Shown here piece after piece: positions 8,151 to 17,836 of a stretch of DNA of 64,000 nt (position 1 is its first letter; each line of letters begins with the position of its first letter). The notes beneath the pieces were generated by a model. That model was not told the origin of the DNA, ran no database searches, and saw only the letters and a list, made by a program, of their open reading frames with translations. This stretch comes from Verrucomicrobiaceae bacterium (GTDB lineage Bacteria; Verrucomicrobiota; Verrucomicrobiia; Verrucomicrobiales; Akkermansiaceae), in assembly GCA_051252135.1 (NCBI GenBank), contig JBPOGH010000009.1, positions 1 to 64,000 of the forward strand, given 5' to 3'. The position numbers and the translations under genes are program-made.

Positions 8151-9434
8151 CTACCATTTGGCGATGGCTTTTTCGATGCAGGTGAGGGTGTCGTCGAGGT
8201 CGGCGTGGGTGTGGGCTCTTGAGATGAAGCCGGTCTCGTAGGGGCTGGGGGCAAGGTAGACGCCTTGGTCGAGGAGGTCCCAGAAGAGTTTTTTGAAGAG
8301 GCCGAAGTCTTGTTTGGTGACGGTGTCGACGTTGACGATTTCTTCGTCGAGGAAGTAGAGGCAGAACATGGATCCGACCTGGTTGATGCGGTGGGGGATG
8401 CCTTTTTCGGAGAGGATGTTGCGGAAGCCGGTGGCGAAGTAGTCGCCAACTTCATTGAGGTAGGTGTAGGCGTCGCCTTTTTCGAGTTCGCGGAGTTGGG
8501 TGAGTCCGGCGACCATGGCGAGGGGGTTTCCGCTGAGGGTTCCGGCTTGGTAGACGGGGCCATCGGGGGCGAGTTGGTCCATGATATCGGCGCGGCCGCC
8601 GAAGGCTCCGACGGGAAGTCCGCCGCCGATGACCTTGCCCATGGCGGTGAGGTCGGGGGTGAAGTTCTCGAGTTCCTGGACGCCGCCTTTGGCGAGGCGG
8701 AAGCCGGTCATGACTTCATCGAAGATGACGAGGGCGCCGTGCTTGGTGGCGAGGTCCCGCATGGCCTGAAGGTAGCCTTGGCGGGGGAAGACGAGGCCGG
8801 CGTTGGCGGGGTAGGACTCGACGATGATGGCGGCGATCTCATGGCCGTGTTTTTCGAAGACTTCTTCGAGGCGGTCGAGGTGGTTGTAGGGGAGGGTGAT
8901 GGTCTCGGCGGCGAAGGAGCGGGGGACGCCGGCGGAGTCGGGCTCGCCACAGGTGAGGGCACCGGATCCGGCGGCGACGAGGAGGGAGTCGACGTGGCCG
9001 TGGTAGCAGCCCTCGAACTTGACGATCTTGTCACGGCCGGTGAATCCGCGGGCGAGGCGGATGGCGGACATGGTGGCTTCGGTGCCGGAGTTGACCATGC
9101 GGACTTTTTCGACGGAGGGGACCCAGTCGGTGATGAGCATGGCCATTTCGACCTCGTAGATATTCGGGATGCCGTAGGAGATGCCGTCCTTTGAGGCTTC
9201 ATGGATGGCGCTGGTGACGGAGATGGGGGCGTGGCCGAGGATGTTGGGGCCCCAGGAGCCGATGTAATCGATGTAGGTTTTGCCGTCGACGTCCTCGATG
9301 CGGGATCCTTTACCGCGGCGGACGAAGAAGGGGTCGCCATCGACATTGCGGAAGGCGCGGACGGGGGAATTGACGCCTCCGGGGATGAGGGTTTTGGCTT
9401 TGGCGAAGAGCTTTTGGGAGAAGGGTCCGTTCAC
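8151..9434 (-). CDS. hemL: Glutamate-1-semialdehyde 2,1-aminomutase
   Basis: IPGGVNSPVRAF, NSGTEATMSAIRLARG, FDEVMTGFR, GKVIGGGLPVG, YQAGTLSGNP. Confidence 0.97.
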   Translation of the reverse strand: MNGPFSQKLFAKAKTLIPGGVNSPVRAFRNVDGDPFFVRRGKGSRIEDVDGKTYIDYIGSWGPNILGHAPISVTSAIHEASKDGISYGIPNIYEVEMAMLITDWVPSVEKVRMVNSGTEATMSAIRLARGFTGRDKIVKFEGCYHGHVDSLLVAAGSGALTCGEPDSAGVPRSFAAETITLPYNHLDRLEEVFEKHGHEIAAIIVESYPANAGLVFPRQGYLQAMRDLATKHGALVIFDEVMTGFRLAKGGVQELENFTPDLTAMGKVIGGGLPVGAFGGRADIMDQLAPDGPVYQAGTLSGNPLAMVAGLTQLRELEKGDAYTYLNEVGDYFATGFRNILSEKGIPHRINQVGSMFCLYFLDEEIVNVDTVTKQDFGLFKKLFWDLLDQGVYLAPSPYETGFISRAHTHADLDDTLTCIEKAIAKW

Positions 9435-9568
9435 GGGGAGACCTTCAACTCTTCGGTGGAAACGGGCGAGGGAAAATTTTTCCGAATAAAGGGGGAGGCG
9501 GGGACGTTGAACCTTGGAGGAGATTTCGTCTTTCCAGCGGGAAATTCTCCAGTAAACTATCTTTTGCG

Positions 9569-10270
9569 ATGAAAACGCTCTCTTTTCTAGCCCTCGCTCT
9601 CCTGTGGAGTGCGCTTCCTGCCGCGGCCCAAGGTCTCGATTCCGATCCGGATGTTGTATACGTGGAGGAGTTTTCGGAGAAGCCGATCAAGCTGAAGGCG
9701 GCGAAGGCCGGTTATGTGTTCTCGACGAAGAAGGGGGGCCGCAAGCGGGGGGCGTTGCAGGTGGACAGCACGGTGGAGTTGGTGGGATTTACGGAGAATG
9801 CGTATCAGATCCGGGGTCGGCGTGAGAATGGCGAGGGTGTGAGTGGCTGGGTGAGTCCGCTGGCGTTGACGGCGAAGGACAAGGATTTTGTGAAGAAGTT
9901 CAAGGCGGTGTTTGACCGTCAGATCATTGTGAGGGAGCTCATTGAGAACAAGGAGTTGGCGATCGGGATGACGGAGAAAGAAGTGGGGCTGGTGTTGGGT
10001 GAGCCGACCAAGACGAAGGTCCGGCGGACGGCGACGGGGCAGTCTGCGACCTGGGAGTATGTTGAGTATGAGATTGAGAATCACTATTCCAACTTCCGTG
10101 ATCCGATTACGGGCGGGATTTACCGTCAGCTGACGCACACGACGAAGGAAGTGGTGTCGAAGACGCAGGTGGAATTTGAGAACGGGGTGGTGAACGCGAT
10201 CGAGGAGAGTGAGGACAAGGGTGAGGCGCGACGTCGGATTGTGGCGACGCCGATCATCTTCTTTTGGTAG
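9569..10270 (+). CDS. Secreted hypothetical protein (SH3-like N-terminal region)
   Basis: Signal peptide; GVSGWV motif; IGMTEKEV..LGEP. Confidence 0.65.
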   Translation: MKTLSFLALALLWSALPAAAQGLDSDPDVVYVEEFSEKPIKLKAAKAGYVFSTKKGGRKRGALQVDSTVELVGFTENAYQIRGRRENGEGVSGWVSPLALTAKDKDFVKKFKAVFDRQIIVRELIENKELAIGMTEKEVGLVLGEPTKTKVRRTATGQSATWEYVEYEIENHYSNFRDPITGGIYRQLTHTTKEVVSKTQVEFENGVVNAIEESEDKGEARRRIVATPIIFFW

Positions 10271-10301
10271 TTTGTACTCCGTGCGCCGTGCGGCTCCGGA
10301 G

Positions 10302-10769
10302 TTAATCGGTTTCGGGAATCCCGCCGGTGATGCTCAGGATTTGGTCCATGGAGCGGATGGCGATGTGGTGGGTGAAGATGGTGGGGGAGCCGATGAGGTG
10401 GAGTCCGGTGTTGGAGATGACGCCTTTGACGGTGACGGTTTTTCCGGTGAAGTGGTCCGCGATATTGGCGATGCCGAGGTGCTTGAGGCGGGTCTCGACC
10501 TTGCGCGAGAGGGGGACGGTGAAGCTGTCGTTGCCGGGGAAGTCATCGCCGGGGATGAGGTGGAGGACCTGGTGTCTGGTGCCATCGGCAAAGATGGTGG
10601 GAGTTTTGCGGACGGCGTGGACCTCGAAGCGGATGGTGAAGGTGGTGGAGTTATTGTGGAGGTGTTCTTTATCGAAGGTGGCGAGTTGGGAGGGGGAGAT
10701 GATTTGAGGGATCTCGATCCCCTGGAGAGGTGCCCAACTGATGATGAGTGATAAAAGAAAGGTCCTCAT
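10302..10769 (-). CDS. Secreted hypothetical protein (possible OB-fold)
   Basis: Signal peptide; HFTGKTVTVKGVI. Confidence 0.6.
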   Translation of the reverse strand: MRTFLLSLIISWAPLQGIEIPQIISPSQLATFDKEHLHNNSTTFTIRFEVHAVRKTPTIFADGTRHQVLHLIPGDDFPGNDSFTVPLSRKVETRLKHLGIANIADHFTGKTVTVKGVISNTGLHLIGSPTIFTHHIAIRSMDQILSITGGIPETD

Positions 10770-10859
10770 ATGAGCTTAGGACACGGGAGGCGGGGAATTG
10801 TTGGGAGTTTTTTTTATCGCCCGATGGATTGGTGGTTGATCAAGATGGATCGGATTGAT

Positions 10860-10915
10860 GTGGATCCTATGGCATGAAGCCATGCGCTTTGTTCTATTGA
10901 GTTTGCAGCTCTTCT
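10860..10915. repeat. Degenerate partial copy of the REP-like unit at 85-420
   Basis: CCTATGGCATGAAGCCATGCGCTTTGTTCTATTGAGTTTGCAGCTCTT versus CCTATGGCTGAAGCCATCGGCTTTGTTCTGTCGAGCTTTCAGCTCTT. Confidence 0.75.
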
Positions 10916-10975
10916 TGGGTGGATGAGTTTTTGGGGCTGGTGTGGGTGGGGAGGGTTTTTTAGGGTTTGGGGGAG

Positions 10976-11566
10976 ATGGCTTTGGATCGTTTGCCGGCGG
11001 ATTTGCGTGCTTTGTATGAGGTGCATGAGTGGAGGCATGCGAGTGCGATTCTGGAGACGGATTTTGCGAAGGAGTGGGGGGAGATTGTGGAGGTGTTGCG
11101 GGGGTTCCGGTTGTGTGAGTCGTTTATCCGGAAGCGGGGGGGGAGTAAGTCGGGGGTGTCGGGATCGTTGGACTCGGCCTTTTATGAGAAGGGGTGGGAG
11201 GAGAAGAGCTTTGATGCGACGATTGAGGTGGAGGGGAAGCGCTTTGAGAGTCCGACGCATGCGGTGGATTGTTACAAGAACCGGGTGGCGCTGGAGATTG
11301 AGTGGAATAACAAGGACACCTTTTATGATCGGGATTTGAATAATTTCCGGCTGCTCTTTGAGCTGCGGATTATTTCGGTGGGGGTGATTGTGACGCGTTG
11401 TGATGAGTTGCAGGAGATTTTTGACGAGCTGGGGCGGGGGTCGTCCTACGGGGCGTCGACGACGCACATGGGGAAGTTGTTGCCGAAGGTGGAAGGTGGT
11501 GGGGCGGGAGGGTGTCCGTTGTTGGTGTTTGGGATGAAGCCGCAGCTGTATGATGAGGAGTGCTGA
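10976..11566 (+). CDS. BglII/BstYI-family restriction endonuclease-like protein
   Basis: HAVDCYKNRVALEIEWNNKDTFYDRDLNNFRLL catalytic region. Confidence 0.8.
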   Translation: MALDRLPADLRALYEVHEWRHASAILETDFAKEWGEIVEVLRGFRLCESFIRKRGGSKSGVSGSLDSAFYEKGWEEKSFDATIEVEGKRFESPTHAVDCYKNRVALEIEWNNKDTFYDRDLNNFRLLFELRIISVGVIVTRCDELQEIFDELGRGSSYGASTTHMGKLLPKVEGGGAGGCPLLVFGMKPQLYDEEC

Positions 11567-12693
11567 TGAGGGTTCTTTTGTTGTTGGTGCTGGGGATGGG
11601 GATGGCGCGGGGGGATCTGGCGGGGGTGGGGAAGTTGATCTTTTTTGATGAGGGGTTGTCGGATCCGGTGGGGGTGAGTTGTGCGAGTTGTCATGTGGGG
11701 GGGAAGGCGTTTACGGACGGGCGGGCGGTCTCGCAGGGGGTGAAGGAGGGGAGGCGGAATGCGCCCTCGCTGATGTATGCGGCGTTGATTCCGCCGTTGG
11801 CTTACGAGGATGTTTTTTTACCGGACGGGAGCGAGGTGTATGCGTGGGAGGGCGGGATGTTCCATGACGGGCGGGCGGCGGATTTGTTCGCGCAGGTGCG
11901 GCATCCGTTCTTTGACGGGACGGAGATGAACCTGAAGGATGAGGGGGAGCTGGCGCGGAGGTTGAGGGGGGCGGCTTATGCGGGGGAGCTGCGGAAGTTG
12001 ACGGGGGAGAAGTGGGATGAGGACGGGGTGGTGAATTACTATGCGTTTCGTACGTTGGTGGAGTTCTTGAAAGAGCCGTTATTTCGCCCGTTCAGTGCGC
12101 CGATTGATGACTATCTGGCGGGGAAGGAGGAGGCGTTGAGGGAGGACCAGGTGCGGGGGTTGGCGGTCTTTCAGGGGGCGGGAGGGTGTGCGGATTGTCA
12201 TCGGCTGGAGATGACGGAATTTGGGGGGCCGTTGCTGAGTGATTTCGGTTATGACAATCTGGGGGCGCCCTCGCGGGGGGAGAAGGACCCGGGGCTGGGG
12301 GCGGTGAAGGGGGCGGAGGAGAGGGGGAAGTTCCGGTCGCCATCGCTGCGGAATGTGGCGTTGACGGGGCCGTATCTGCACAACGGGTCGATGAAGACGC
12401 TGCAGGAGGTGATGGAGTTTTACAACAAGCGGGATGTGGAGCCGAAGCGGTGGGGGGCGACGGATTATCCGGATACGGTGAACCGGGATGACTTTGGTGA
12501 TTTGGGTCTCAGCGAGCAGGAGGTGGCGGATTTGGTGGCCTTGATGGAGGCGTTTACGGATCGCACCTTGCTGGAGATGAAGGAAGGGGATGTTTTGCCG
12601 AAGGCGTTGCCTGAGACGCCATCGACCGAGAAGATGAAGTTGTTTTTTCCGGATTGGACGCACCGGTTGGATCCGGATTTTCCGGGGGGGTGA
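11566..12693 (+). CDS. Di-haem cytochrome c peroxidase / MauG-family protein
   Basis: Signal peptide; CASCH and CADCH haem motifs; RNAPSL; FRSPSLRNVALTGPYLHNG. Confidence 0.9.
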   Translation: MRVLLLLVLGMGMARGDLAGVGKLIFFDEGLSDPVGVSCASCHVGGKAFTDGRAVSQGVKEGRRNAPSLMYAALIPPLAYEDVFLPDGSEVYAWEGGMFHDGRAADLFAQVRHPFFDGTEMNLKDEGELARRLRGAAYAGELRKLTGEKWDEDGVVNYYAFRTLVEFLKEPLFRPFSAPIDDYLAGKEEALREDQVRGLAVFQGAGGCADCHRLEMTEFGGPLLSDFGYDNLGAPSRGEKDPGLGAVKGAEERGKFRSPSLRNVALTGPYLHNGSMKTLQEVMEFYNKRDVEPKRWGATDYPDTVNRDDFGDLGLSEQEVADLVALMEAFTDRTLLEMKEGDVLPKALPETPSTEKMKLFFPDWTHRLDPDFPGG

Positions 12694-12728
12694 ATAAAAA
12701 ATGGCCATCGCCCGAAGGCGATGACCAT
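12694..12728 (-). terminator. Intrinsic terminator between convergent genes
   Basis: ATGGCCATCGCC-cgaa-GGCGATGACCAT hairpin preceded by an A-run. Confidence 0.6.
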
Positions 12729-12755
12729 GAGAATTTCAACTCTCCCGGAGAGGTA

Positions 12756-13841
12756 TTAGCGCCGGCGGGACATGAGGGGAGCCAGAGCGAGAAGGGCGAG
12801 CATTCCGGTGGAAGGCTCGGGAATCTGGCCGGTGATCTGAAACTCAGCAAACTGCATGATGCCAGCACCATTTGTTCCGGTGACATCGAAGCGGTAGGAT
12901 GAATATGCGGTCGAGTTGCCGGTGATGGCGGTGCCGTATTCGGTGAAGCGATCATTCGGAGGGGTCAGGGTGCCGCTCTGAATGACAGCCCAGTTTTCAA
13001 GACTGCCATCGGAGTTATCGGTGCTCGAGATGGAATCGTTGGTTCCGTAGAGGATGTAGTTCAGAGGGTCTCTTCCCGGCTCGTCATTTGCGGTGAGGAT
13101 TGAGAACCCGTCAGCGATGGAAGAGCCGACACCAGGGGTGACGATCAATCCGGTGTTATCACCACCGAAATTGAGGTACTTGGTGTTGGGGTCGCCATCG
13201 AGGGCGGCGGAGGGGTTTTCCGGTCCGGGGTAGTTGCTGGTGTTGCCAACGTGGAAGGCCAGAATGGAGTTGGACACACCGAGGATGGAGCTTCCGGATC
13301 CGTTTGCTCCGTCGAAGAGCTGCACGTCGGCAATCTGCATGGAATTGGCTGCTCCGGAGTTCTTAAGGGTATCAAAGGAGACCCGGTAGGACGAGAAGGA
13401 GAGGCCGTTGGAGAGGTTTACCGGAGTGCCGACGGTTTGACGGGCGCTCGGCAGGGTGACGGCGGAGTTGGTGAGGATGGGAGTCCAGGATTCTGCCAGT
13501 CCCGTTCCGTTATCGGTGCTGGTGATGGCATCGTTTGTTCCCCAGATGGAGAAGCTTGCAGGATCCCTTTCCTCGGCATCACCTGCAGTGGTGAAGACGA
13601 TGCTCTCGGCGGTCGAAGATCCCGGAGTCACGATGAATCCGGAGTTTTCCTTGGCGAAGTTGAGGTATTTGGTGGAGGAGTCTCCATCGAGGACTGCTTC
13701 GGGCGGCTCACCTCCAGGGTGGTTGCTGTTGCTTCCGAACTCACCGATTGCGATGATAAAATCGCCCGGGGAGAGGATGTTGGCCGCGTTGGCGGTGACA
13801 GCAGTGGCTAGCAATGCTGATAGGGTATACGTTAGTTTCAT
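12756..13841 (-). CDS. PEP-CTERM protein with two discoidin/F5-8C-like modules
   Basis: Two copies of DGDxxTKYLNF...IVTP...RDP...GTND; C-terminal IPEPSTGMLALLALAPLMSRRR. Confidence 0.85.
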   Translation of the reverse strand: MKLTYTLSALLATAVTANAANILSPGDFIIAIGEFGSNSNHPGGEPPEAVLDGDSSTKYLNFAKENSGFIVTPGSSTAESIVFTTAGDAEERDPASFSIWGTNDAITSTDNGTGLAESWTPILTNSAVTLPSARQTVGTPVNLSNGLSFSSYRVSFDTLKNSGAANSMQIADVQLFDGANGSGSSILGVSNSILAFHVGNTSNYPGPENPSAALDGDPNTKYLNFGGDNTGLIVTPGVGSSIADGFSILTANDEPGRDPLNYILYGTNDSISSTDNSDGSLENWAVIQSGTLTPPNDRFTEYGTAITGNSTAYSSYRFDVTGTNGAGIMQFAEFQITGQIPEPSTGMLALLALAPLMSRRR

Positions 13842-13867
13842 CTGTTTTTGTTTGTTAGGTTAGAGGG

Positions 13868-16800
13868 CTAGTCGAGGGCTAGTTCGACCCGGGCAAATTT
13901 TTTGGGAGTGTTTTCGGAGATTGGGAGTGGTGATCGGTAAGTGACTGTGTCGGTGCCGTCTCCATTATTGGAGGTTGCATAGAGGAGGGCTGTTTCGGAC
14001 CAGTTGAGGAGATCGTCGGCGAGCATCACATTGAGACTGAGTTCATCGAGGCCTTGTTGGCGGTTGAAGGTGAGAGTCAAGTAGTCACCAATTTGAGGGA
14101 CTCCATTGGACAAGGTGGCGACGGCGGCGACGGGGTGGGAATGATCCGAGGCCAAGGAGGGATTGGAGCCGAAGGCCAGTTCGAAGAGGTTTTCGAGACC
14201 ATCGCCATCGGGGTCGGCATGGGGTCCGGAGATCTCCGGCCGATTCAGATCATTGGAATTGAAGTAGAGAGAAGTCCATTCTTCATAGAGTCCGTTGGTT
14301 GCTGCGCCGGGTGATCCACCGTTGGTCAGGCTGGCGCGCCAAGAGGTTGGCTGGGAATGGTCTGGCAAACCGAGGGGGGAGCGGAGGACCAGAGAAGTGC
14401 CGAGGCCATCCGGGGAAGTCGGCCATCCGGTGGCGGGGTCGTCATCGTAGCGGAAGCTTTGAATGATGGATCCGGTGAATCCGGTGAGGGTGAGGGTTTC
14501 TCCGCCATTGGAAATTTTTTGTCCGCCATCAGGGAGGCCGGGGTCTCCAAAGACACCGGCTATCGGAATGGATGAACCGTATCGAAGATGGAAGGCGGCG
14601 GCATTGCGAGCGAAGACGACGGTTTGTCCGGGTGGGATCACAGTTTCCGGGATTACGAGGTCAAAGACTCCGCTGAACACCGATCCGGTGAGGACGACAT
14701 TATCTTGAGAAATGTTCTGGAGCTCGATGAACTCGAAATCGCTTTCATCCAGGACGCCTTGGGATTGCTCATCGATGGTGACCGGAGCGGGGTGGTACAT
14801 GATTTCCGAGACCACGAGATTTGTGGCATCCGCGGGGACTCCGATGATGAAGGTTGATTGAAGGGGGCCGCTCCAATCCCCGGAGAGGCGGGCGCGGGCG
14901 GTGATGGTGCGAGTCTGATTCAGCAGGATGCCGTTCGTAGTGGACAATGCCGAGGGGCTGATGGCACCGCCGGGGAGGCGCGGGTCGGATCCATCGATGG
15001 TGTAGTAGAGGGCGCCTTCCTGAGGAGCGGCGCTTACCATGGTTCCGCTGCTGATGCTGCCGCTCTCCTGGAGGAGGGGAGGTTTGACGAATTGGGTATC
15101 GATCCAATCAGCTCTGATGGTGAGCCAGTTTTTGAGATGGTCGACTTCTCCATTCCATCCGCTGAGTGAAGTTAAGGCTCCTCCGTTTGGCGAGACCTCA
15201 GGCCAGCGGGCCTGGTTGCGGGGTTGTGATTCGGAAACTTGGGCGGCGAGGCCATCGATGCGTGAGGAGAGAGCTGAGGTTGAAAATTCTCCGCGTCGCA
15301 ATTCCTGCCAACGGTCGATCCAGGCCTGCATGAAGTTGGGATCGTCAAAGAGGCGGCCCCAGTAGTCGTAGTCAAAGAATTCGGCGCGTTCCGGGCTGGG
15401 GTTCCATCCGGTGGGGCTGGCAGCGCGGTTATCATCGTCTGCGCCCATGGTGCGGTCAAAATCCCAGATGGGGCCGAAGGCCAATTTGCCGTTTCGTGGT
15501 TTGAACAGGTAGGTGCTTAGGCGCAGGCCATCGGGGTCTTTTGAGAAGGTGGTGAGGATATGGAAGTCGATGGATGGTTTGACATCGAGAAAGGCCTGAT
15601 AGCCGGTGTCCGGGTCGGTGTAGTTGGGGCCGTAGAGAGCGGATTCAAAGTCGTCGATGTATCCCTTGATGTAGGTTTCCTGTTGGGGAAGGAGGTTTTG
15701 TTCTTTGGGATAGACGTAGGTGAACCAGGGCTGGGGGCTTCCATTGGGTGGGTCGAAGGGATGGCCGAGGGAGGAGCGGAAGCCCCGGTCGGCGCCATCG
15801 AGGCGATCGATACTGAGGATGTAGCCGCCGGTGACCTGGTCCCCTGCGATATCGTTCTTATCCAGGCGGTCGACATCGACACGGTCCTTGTCTCGAGAAA
15901 TGCGCTCCTGCAGGACGTAGACGCCCTGGTAATCGGAGGTGGAGACATTTCCGCCGGTATTGATGTAGAGTTCCACAAACCGGGATTTGGGAGCGTAGTT
16001 TTGAATGTCGTTGCTCAGCGAATGGATGAAGGGGATGCGGAGAAGGGAGCGATCAAAGCGGTAGGGGGCAAAGAGGATCCACTCGTTGTGATCCGACATG
16101 CCGAGGAGATTGATGTTGCGGTCCTCTTCGCTGCCATCCTGCCAGAATTCGATGCGGTAGTTGCCTTTTGGATCGTTTAGGGTGGAGGAGCCCCGGCGTT
16201 TTATGCCGGCACGATTTGCCTTGGTTGGGAGGTCCGAGATGGACGTGCGTCCGGAAACCGGGTCGGGTTCGAAGAGGGTGAGGTAGGCACTCTGGAGGTC
16301 CACGTTGTTGGGAATGGAACCGCCGCCAAAATTATCGATGACGATGATGGGAAGATCGGAGGTCTGATTGGCGACGGTGGAGGATACCTCGATGTAGGCT
16401 TCAGCCTTGATTTTACCGGGAGCGAATCCGGTTTCGAAGGTGCGGGCGCGGACGAGGGCCGAGTCGGTGATGGAGAAGGGTCCGGTGTAGAGAGTGGAGT
16501 TTTCCGTAGGGAGAGAGCCGTCCGTAGTGAATCGGATTTGTGCTTCCGGATTGGTGGACGAGAGGGTGATGGGCAGCGAGCCGGAAAAGGATTGGGGTGC
16601 GGTCCCGAATAGGACGTTGGCACCGAGATTTCCCGGCTGGGTATCGTTGATGGCTCCGGGTGTGGGGCCGGTGAAGTAGTCAAATCCGTCCGTGGATTGG
16701 CCATAGCTCACATTGTCATTTTGGGTCGGATAGCCCGGGGAGAATTCTTCGATGACGGAGAGGCCATCCTGATCGAGAAATCCGAGGTATTCGCCGTTAC

Positions 16801-17833
16801 GGGAGAGCTCAAACGAGGCATGGAGTGGGTCGCCGCTCCGGTTTTTTCCGGAAGCAAAAATGATCAGGTAACCGGAGGGATCCATCAGGGTGCCGGATGG
16901 AATCTGCCACTTGGTGACACCGGTGGGGTCATCGGTGAGGAAGTAGCCGCCCGCATCAATGGTGAATGGGTTGGGGTTGTGAATTTCAATCCAGTCGGAG
17001 GGGTCCCCGTCTTCGTCGCAGAGAACGCCATCGCGAGTTTGAGAGGCAGCGATTTCATTGATTGTCGGAGGAGAATGGACGATGCCGGCATAGACGGTGA
17101 TGGTGGTCGGGACGGCACCAAAGGTGTTTGTGGCGACGAGTTCATATGCGGTGGTGGCGGCGGGGCTCACGACCAAGGAACCGCTCGAAGAAACGGGAGC
17201 ACCGCTGAGGGTGACCGAATTGGCTCCGACCACTTCCCAGGTGAGAGTAGCGGATTCGCCGTTGGCGATGCCGACGGCGGAATCCGAGATGATTCCCCCA
17301 GCGGTTTCAACCTGATAAGCGATGGTGGGAGTGTCCGGCCGTTGGTTCAGGTCCAACTCGCCAAGGAGGGCCCGGCGGCTGGTGGTCACGCTTTGATCGG
17401 ATTGGCTGCGATCATCGAGAAGATTCCAAGCGAGGGTATCGTCGCTTCCCTCCAGGGTCCATCGGATGGGATCCCGATCGGGGACATCATTTGCGGTGGC
17501 CCAGCGGTAGGAGTTGATGGTGACCGGTGAGCCATAGTTGAGGATCACCGCGCCTTTGTTGAAATCGAGCCACTTTGTTCCGGTTGAATTATCGACGAGA
17601 TTGGCGGGTCCCTCACCTCCCGGATTGTTTCCTCCCGGATTGGTAGCGCTTGCTCCATTGAGCTGGGCGCCATCGAGATAGAAGCGGAGTTCGGACATCT
17701 GGACGCTATTGGCTGCGGCCCCATTTCTTAACTTGGTGGGAGAGAAGCGAAAATATTGGTAAGTCGCTACTCCGGCCATTCCCAGATGGGACAAAGTAAT
17801 GGAAGCAGCGAGAACGAGGGTAATTCTAGGCAC
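13868..17833 (-). CDS. CotH-kinase-family surface protein with discoidin-like, lamin-tail and Fn3/chitobiase-like domains
   Basis: TKWLDF/TANDVPDRDP module; INEI...SDWIEIHN and SEIMYHP...EFIELQN (lamin tail); IRFTTDGSLP; CotH motifs GIKRRGSS, YQGVYVLQE, FGPIWDFD. Confidence 0.88.
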   Translation of the reverse strand: MPRITLVLAASITLSHLGMAGVATYQYFRFSPTKLRNGAAANSVQMSELRFYLDGAQLNGASATNPGGNNPGGEGPANLVDNSTGTKWLDFNKGAVILNYGSPVTINSYRWATANDVPDRDPIRWTLEGSDDTLAWNLLDDRSQSDQSVTTSRRALLGELDLNQRPDTPTIAYQVETAGGIISDSAVGIANGESATLTWEVVGANSVTLSGAPVSSSGSLVVSPAATTAYELVATNTFGAVPTTITVYAGIVHSPPTINEIAASQTRDGVLCDEDGDPSDWIEIHNPNPFTIDAGGYFLTDDPTGVTKWQIPSGTLMDPSGYLIIFASGKNRSGDPLHASFELSRNGEYLGFLDQDGLSVIEEFSPGYPTQNDNVSYGQSTDGFDYFTGPTPGAINDTQPGNLGANVLFGTAPQSFSGSLPITLSSTNPEAQIRFTTDGSLPTENSTLYTGPFSITDSALVRARTFETGFAPGKIKAEAYIEVSSTVANQTSDLPIIVIDNFGGGSIPNNVDLQSAYLTLFEPDPVSGRTSISDLPTKANRAGIKRRGSSTLNDPKGNYRIEFWQDGSEEDRNINLLGMSDHNEWILFAPYRFDRSLLRIPFIHSLSNDIQNYAPKSRFVELYINTGGNVSTSDYQGVYVLQERISRDKDRVDVDRLDKNDIAGDQVTGGYILSIDRLDGADRGFRSSLGHPFDPPNGSPQPWFTYVYPKEQNLLPQQETYIKGYIDDFESALYGPNYTDPDTGYQAFLDVKPSIDFHILTTFSKDPDGLRLSTYLFKPRNGKLAFGPIWDFDRTMGADDDNRAASPTGWNPSPERAEFFDYDYWGRLFDDPNFMQAWIDRWQELRRGEFSTSALSSRIDGLAAQVSESQPRNQARWPEVSPNGGALTSLSGWNGEVDHLKNWLTIRADWIDTQFVKPPLLQESGSISSGTMVSAAPQEGALYYTIDGSDPRLPGGAISPSALSTTNGILLNQTRTITARARLSGDWSGPLQSTFIIGVPADATNLVVSEIMYHPAPVTIDEQSQGVLDESDFEFIELQNISQDNVVLTGSVFSGVFDLVIPETVIPPGQTVVFARNAAAFHLRYGSSIPIAGVFGDPGLPDGGQKISNGGETLTLTGFTGSIIQSFRYDDDPATGWPTSPDGLGTSLVLRSPLGLPDHSQPTSWRASLTNGGSPGAATNGLYEEWTSLYFNSNDLNRPEISGPHADPDGDGLENLFELAFGSNPSLASDHSHPVAAVATLSNGVPQIGDYLTLTFNRQQGLDELSLNVMLADDLLNWSETALLYATSNNGDGTDTVTYRSPLPISENTPKKFARVELALD

Positions 17834-17836
17834 ACT

